A DNA stretch of 5,850 nt from Nanobdellota archaeon (GTDB lineage Archaea; Nanobdellota; Nanobdellia; SCGC-AAA011-G17; ARS1403), in the NCBI GenBank assembly GCA_018831025.1, contig JAHJRB010000093.1, positions 1-5,850 on the forward strand. The letters run 5' to 3'. The notes below the pieces were generated by a model that searched no databases, was not told the DNA's origin, and worked only from the letters and a program-made list of their open reading frames with translations. Position numbers and translations under genes: made by a program. This document shows, piece after piece, positions 1-2,871 of this stretch (its first letter is position 1; each line of letters starts with the position of its first letter).

Positions 1-1
1 A

Positions 2-472
2 ATAAAGCCGGGTTATGAAAGATGGCGATCTGGAGATTTTGATGCTGTTGTACCTACAACTAAAAGTGCAGGGATATTAAGAAATGCTATAACTTTATCT
101 CCTATGTTCTCTAATTATGGACCTGGAGTCTCCACAAGTTATGACAGACTTTTAGGAGATGGAATTGTTGGAATTGGAGCAACTGCAGGATATAATGGGG
201 AAGATCCATTCTGGACTGGAAGAGTTACTTTAGGTAATGATAGAGCTAGAGCTGGTTTAGGTTTAGGACAAACCTATACTGAAGATAAAAAAGCTGTTAC
301 TTTAGAAATCCCTTTACAATATAACTTAGATGAAAAGGCTTATGTTGAGTTAACACCTGGAATCAGAGACATGGGAAGATGGAAAGGTCAACTTGATGGA
401 AATGGTTTTGAAGGAACTAAAGACTATGGTCAAGTTAGAGTTGGTGCAGGTTTCAGATTCTTCAGATTCTAA
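2..472 (+). CDS. 3' part of a beta-strand-rich, Gly/aromatic-rich protein of unknown function (putative envelope or beta-barrel-like protein). It very likely continues upstream of the window.
   Basis: Frame 2 is open from base 2 to the TAA at 470-472. The only in-frame ATG is at 104, and a product starting there (MFSNYGPG...) has no signal peptide. The in-frame upstream peptide (IKPGYERWRSGDFDAVVPTTKSAGILRNAITLSP) looks like real protein. The sequence has alternating hydrophobic/polar stretches (VTLEIPLQYNL, AYVELTPGI, GQVRVGAGFRFFRF) and ends in an aromatic residue (..FRFFRF). Confidence 0.6.
   Translation: MKPGYERWRSGDFDAVVPTTKSAGILRNAITLSPMFSNYGPGVSTSYDRLLGDGIVGIGATAGYNGEDPFWTGRVTLGNDRARAGLGLGQTYTEDKKAVTLEIPLQYNLDEKAYVELTPGIRDMGRWKGQLDGNGFEGTKDYGQVRVGAGFRFFRF
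452..469 (+). repeat. Perfect tandem duplication of the 9-mer TTCAGATTC, encoding FRF-FRF at the extreme C-terminus of the first CDS.
   Basis: Read directly: ttcagattc at 452-460 and again at 461-469, followed by the TAA stop. Confidence 0.9.
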
Positions 473-475
473 ACC

Positions 476-485
476 TTTTTAAATT
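476..485 (+). promoter_or_regulatory. Candidate archaeal TATA box (TTTTTAAATT) for the Trm5-like gene. The spacing implies a leaderless or very short-leader mRNA.
   Basis: An A/T box preceded by CC, centred about 27 nt upstream of the ATG at 507. The spacing matches the two TTTAAATA boxes at 1874-1881 and 1901-1908. Confidence 0.4.
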
Positions 486-493
486 CCTATTTC

Positions 494-506
494 TTTTTTC
501 TTTTTT
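494..506 (+). terminator. Oligo-T tracts (T6-C-T6) downstream of the first CDS. This is a possible archaeal intrinsic termination signal.
   Basis: ttttttcttttttt lies directly between the stop at 472 and the ATG at 507. Archaeal RNAP terminates at runs of 5 or more T. Its function is not demonstrable from sequence. Confidence 0.3.
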
Positions 507-1247
507 ATGACAAGTTTTGATACTGTAGGAAATATAATAATTTTTTCTGAAGATATAAGTAAAGCAAAGGCTAATGAAATATTAAAGAAATTAAAAAATA
601 TTAAAACTGTTGCTGTTAAAACTAAAATTCATTCAGGTATTTATAGAACTAAAAAAGTTAAAATTTTAGCTGGAGAAAAAAATAAAGAAACAATACATAA
701 AGAAAATGGAATTCAAGTTAAATTGAATATAGAAACTTGTTATTTTTCTCCTAGATTAAGTTCAGAAAGATTAAGAATAAGTAAATTAATTAAGAATAAT
801 GAAAGTGTTTTAGTGATGTTTAGTGGATGTTCACCTTATTGTTTAGTTTTTGCTAAGAATTCTAAAGCTAAAGAAATTTATGGTGTCGAAATTAATCCTA
901 AATGTCACAAATATGCATTAGAAAATTTAGAATTAAATAAAATAAAAAATGTTAAATTGTATAAAGGTGATGTTAAGGAAGTTTTACCTAAAATTAGAAA
1001 AAAATTTGATAGAATTGTAATGCCTTTGCCTAAAAGTTCTGAAGATTTTTTAGATTTAGCTAATAAAAAAATAAAGAAAAATGGGATAATTCATTTTTAT
1101 GATTTTGAGAGAGAAGAAGATATTCCTAAAAAAAGTATAGAAAAGATAGAAAAGAAAATTAAAAAATTTAAAGTTTTAAAAGTTGTTAAATGTGGAAGTT
1201 TTGGTCCTGGTAAATTTAGAGTTTGTGTTGATTTTAGTCTAAACTAA
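507..1247 (+). CDS. trm5: Trm5/Taw2 (Met-10+) family SAM-dependent tRNA methyltransferase, probably tRNA (guanine37-N1)-methyltransferase. It contains D2+D3 only and has no N-terminal D1 domain.
   Basis: ATG at 507 and TAA at 1245-1247. Family hallmark motifs are present: SFDTVGNIIIF (D2 start), GEKNKETIHKENGIQVKLNIETCYFSPRLSSERLRI, SAM-binding VLVMFSGCSPY, VEINP, and RIVMPLPK followed by GIIHFYDF. By recall it is collinear with M. jannaschii Trm5b from the SFDIIGD motif onward. Confidence 0.85.
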   Translation: MTSFDTVGNIIIFSEDISKAKANEILKKLKNIKTVAVKTKIHSGIYRTKKVKILAGEKNKETIHKENGIQVKLNIETCYFSPRLSSERLRISKLIKNNESVLVMFSGCSPYCLVFAKNSKAKEIYGVEINPKCHKYALENLELNKIKNVKLYKGDVKEVLPKIRKKFDRIVMPLPKSSEDFLDLANKKIKKNGIIHFYDFEREEDIPKKSIEKIEKKIKKFKVLKVVKCGSFGPGKFRVCVDFSLN

Positions 1248-1848
1248 TATCGCAACCTAAAAAAATAGCTATACCTGGATAATTATCTTCAAAATCATTT
1301 CTAAACTCTACTTGAAAATATCCAAAATGAGTTTTGTCTTCTAAAACAACAGGCATTCCTATTCCAAGTTTTCCATAATATCCAAAAGTAGTATCTTTTA
1401 CATCTCTGTCAGAACTTGAATAAGATTCTCTTCCAGAACTATTGTAACTTTCATTTTCTGAAAAAAGAGTTTGTCTTAATCCTCCACCTAAAAATAAATT
1501 ATTCCCTAAATTAAAAGTAAGACCTTCTGTAAGAGAGATTTCTCCTAAGGACTCTGAATAAGAACTACTTTCATCTATAAAAAATCCTCTCTCTGAAGAA
1601 GAATAATTATCTCCATCTGATTGATAAGTAGAAATACCTAAATCTAAAGAAACATTAGGGTTAGCTAATTTAAAATCCAATCCAAAAGCAAACCCAGCAG
1701 TATAATCTTCTGTAACTTGCTCAGATAAAGGAATTTGATAACCTATTCTTGGAGATATTCTTACATCTGCTTCAGTTGCTCTAGGACTAACTAATGCTGT
1801 TAAAGCAGCTAAAGTTCCTATTCCTGTAATTTTTCCTAATAATGACAT
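1234..1848 (-). CDS. Secreted or envelope protein of unknown function, beta-strand-rich with Ser-rich loops (8-10 predicted amphipathic strands; OMP-like or pilus-subunit-like).
   Basis: ATG at 1846-1848 (minus strand) and TAA at 1234-1236. N-terminal signal-peptide-like segment MSLLGKITGIGTLAALTALVSPRATEA. Alternating strands include YTAGFAFGLDFKL, VSLDLGISTY, EISLTEGLTFNLG, LFLGGGLRQTLF, FGYYGKLGIGMPVV and HFGYFQVEFRN. Ser-rich loops carry the repeated NYSSSER / SYSSSDR motif and four N-x-S sequons. Confidence 0.75.
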   Translation of the reverse strand: MSLLGKITGIGTLAALTALVSPRATEADVRISPRIGYQIPLSEQVTEDYTAGFAFGLDFKLANPNVSLDLGISTYQSDGDNYSSSERGFFIDESSSYSESLGEISLTEGLTFNLGNNLFLGGGLRQTLFSENESYNSSGRESYSSSDRDVKDTTFGYYGKLGIGMPVVLEDKTHFGYFQVEFRNDFEDNYPGIAIFLGCDISLD

Positions 1849-1873
1849 TTTTACAATTATTGAGTAATAACAT

Positions 1874-1881
1874 TATTTAAA
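1874..1881 (-). promoter_or_regulatory. Candidate archaeal TATA box TTTAAATA (minus-strand reading) for the 1234..1848 gene.
   Basis: The reverse complement of tatttaaa (1874-1881) is TTTAAATA, centred about 29 nt upstream of the ATG at 1848. This is consistent with a leaderless transcript. Confidence 0.5.
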
Positions 1882-1900
1882 AAGGTTTCTATGGCAAATA

Positions 1901-1908
1901 TTTAAATA
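1901..1908 (+). promoter_or_regulatory. Candidate archaeal TATA box TTTAAATA for the 1931..2566 gene, embedded in a perfect 12-nt palindrome ATATTTAAATAT (1898-1909).
   Basis: The same octamer as the divergent promoter, centred about 26 nt upstream of the ATG at 1931. TAAATATC recurs at 1903-1910 and 1923-1930. Confidence 0.5.
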
Positions 1909-1930
1909 TCTAAGTAAGTTAGTAAATATC

Positions 1931-2566
1931 ATGCCAAGGAAAAAAGTTACTAAAAAAAAGAGAATAAATAAAAAAAGAACTTCTAAAAAAAATTCTCTAA
2001 AAGATATTAATGAGAAACTAGGTAAGATTTTAAGATATGAAAAGGCGCAAGATAAGAGCGATGATGTTTTAGAAAAATTAAGTAAAAAACAGCTTGCTAG
2101 AGATGATAAATTCGAAAAAGAAATAAATGAAATACAGAGAGATTTAGAAAGAGAAGTTGGAAGCCATCCATTAAAAAAAATTACATATAGAGATTTCGGA
2201 AAATCTTTGATTGGAGCTTTTGTCGGTGTTGTAAGTCATTTTGCTTTTATAGAAGGAGCACACTTGTCTGAAAATTTAAGTGTTTTAAGAGCAAGCACTT
2301 TGTTAATTACTGCCTATGTTATTGGCATGATTTTTATTTATGTTGCTGGATTCAGAAAGGTCAAGCAAATAAAAGTCTTTAAGTTTGTACCTGTAAGAAT
2401 AACGTTTATATATATTGTTAGCATATGTGTAGTTTATTTTGTATTGTTTATATTTGGGCTTACAGCTCATGCAGATGCAATAGGAATCTATAAACAAGTT
2501 GCAACTGTTTCAATACCCGCAATAATTGGAGCAAGCGCTGCTGACTTGATTGGTGGAAATGAATAG
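1931..2566 (+). CDS. Integral membrane protein with a Lys/Arg-rich N-terminal tail, a charged coiled-coil-like segment and a C-terminal domain of about 4 TM helices (from memory resembling DUF2391/TIGR02587-type membrane proteins).
   Basis: ATG at 1931 and TAG at 2564-2566. The N-terminus is MPRKKVTKKKRINKKRTSKKNS, followed by a charged helical region to about aa 85. Hydrophobic segments are LIGAFVGVVSHFAFI, LLITAYVIGMIFIYVAGF, ITFIYIVSICVVYFVLFIFGL and VSIPAIIGASAADLIGG. The ending GASAADL and the VPVR..TM pattern recall DUF2391 proteins; this was not verified. Confidence 0.8.
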   Translation: MPRKKVTKKKRINKKRTSKKNSLKDINEKLGKILRYEKAQDKSDDVLEKLSKKQLARDDKFEKEINEIQRDLEREVGSHPLKKITYRDFGKSLIGAFVGVVSHFAFIEGAHLSENLSVLRASTLLITAYVIGMIFIYVAGFRKVKQIKVFKFVPVRITFIYIVSICVVYFVLFIFGLTAHADAIGIYKQVATVSIPAIIGASAADLIGGNE

Positions 2567-2870
2567 AGAAACAATAAAAGAGGAATTAGAAAGAAAGAAG
2601 AAATTTATTAGATTTTTAAGCAATGCTATTTTTTTATTGTTAGATGCGATTAATGAGAGAGATGAGGGAGATATTACGAAATATCGGAAGTTTGCTATAG
2701 ATAGTATAGATGCGATTATAAAAATAAACTCTCATGGAGAATTGAAAAGTGAAGATACGAGAGAAGAAGATGCTAAATTGGGTGAACTAAAAAAATCTGT
2801 TAAAGAATTAAGTAATGATATAAGCAGTAAATATAATGCATTACAAAGCTCCTTAAAACCAAAAAAGTAG
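2559..2870 (+). CDS. Small charged alpha-helical (coiled-coil-like) protein of unknown function, overlapping the upstream gene and probably translationally coupled to it.
   Basis: The frame is open to the TAG at 2868-2870. The ORF track start at 2550 is a TTG. The first ATG is at 2559, which overlaps the upstream stop (2564-2566) by 8 nt. The product (MNRETIKEELERKKKFIRFLSNAI...) is rich in E/K/D. The start choice is uncertain (2550 versus 2559). Confidence 0.65.
   Translation: MNRETIKEELERKKKFIRFLSNAIFLLLDAINERDEGDITKYRKFAIDSIDAIIKINSHGELKSEDTREEDAKLGELKKSVKELSNDISSKYNALQSSLKPKK
2861..2866 (-). terminator. T6 tract (minus-strand reading) immediately downstream of the ATPase gene stop. This is a candidate archaeal terminator lying inside the Lys codons of the opposing gene.
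   Basis: The plus-strand A6 at 2861-2866 reads TTTTTT on the minus strand, starting 5 nt past the TAA at 2872-2874. Confidence 0.3.
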
Positions 2871-2871
2871 T

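Noticed and set aside
104-472. Treating ATG 104 as the true start of the first CDS (122-aa protein)
   Set aside because: The frame stays open to the window edge, and the upstream in-frame peptide is protein-like with the same composition. A 122-aa product would lack the signal peptide expected for a beta-rich envelope protein. A weak A/T box at about 74-83 means this cannot be fully excluded.
1940-1992. Poly-A homopolymer runs (A6-A8) as a programmed frameshift or phase-variation switch
   Set aside because: They simply encode the Lys-rich tail in an AT-rich genome and the reading frame is intact. There is no alternative-frame ORF of note. This is kept only as a caveat within the finding on this gene.
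2303-2497. 64-aa minus-strand ORF inside the 1931..2566 membrane protein gene
   Set aside because: Its Tyr/Asn/Lys-rich low-complexity translation is antisense to clear TM-helix coding sequence, so it is most likely spurious.
2550-2558. TTG at 2550 as the start of the small coiled-coil gene (ORF-track start)
   Set aside because: An ATG three codons downstream (2559) is more conventional and still overlaps the upstream stop. Neither start has a convincing SD at proper spacing, so the choice remains uncertain and does not change the interpretation.
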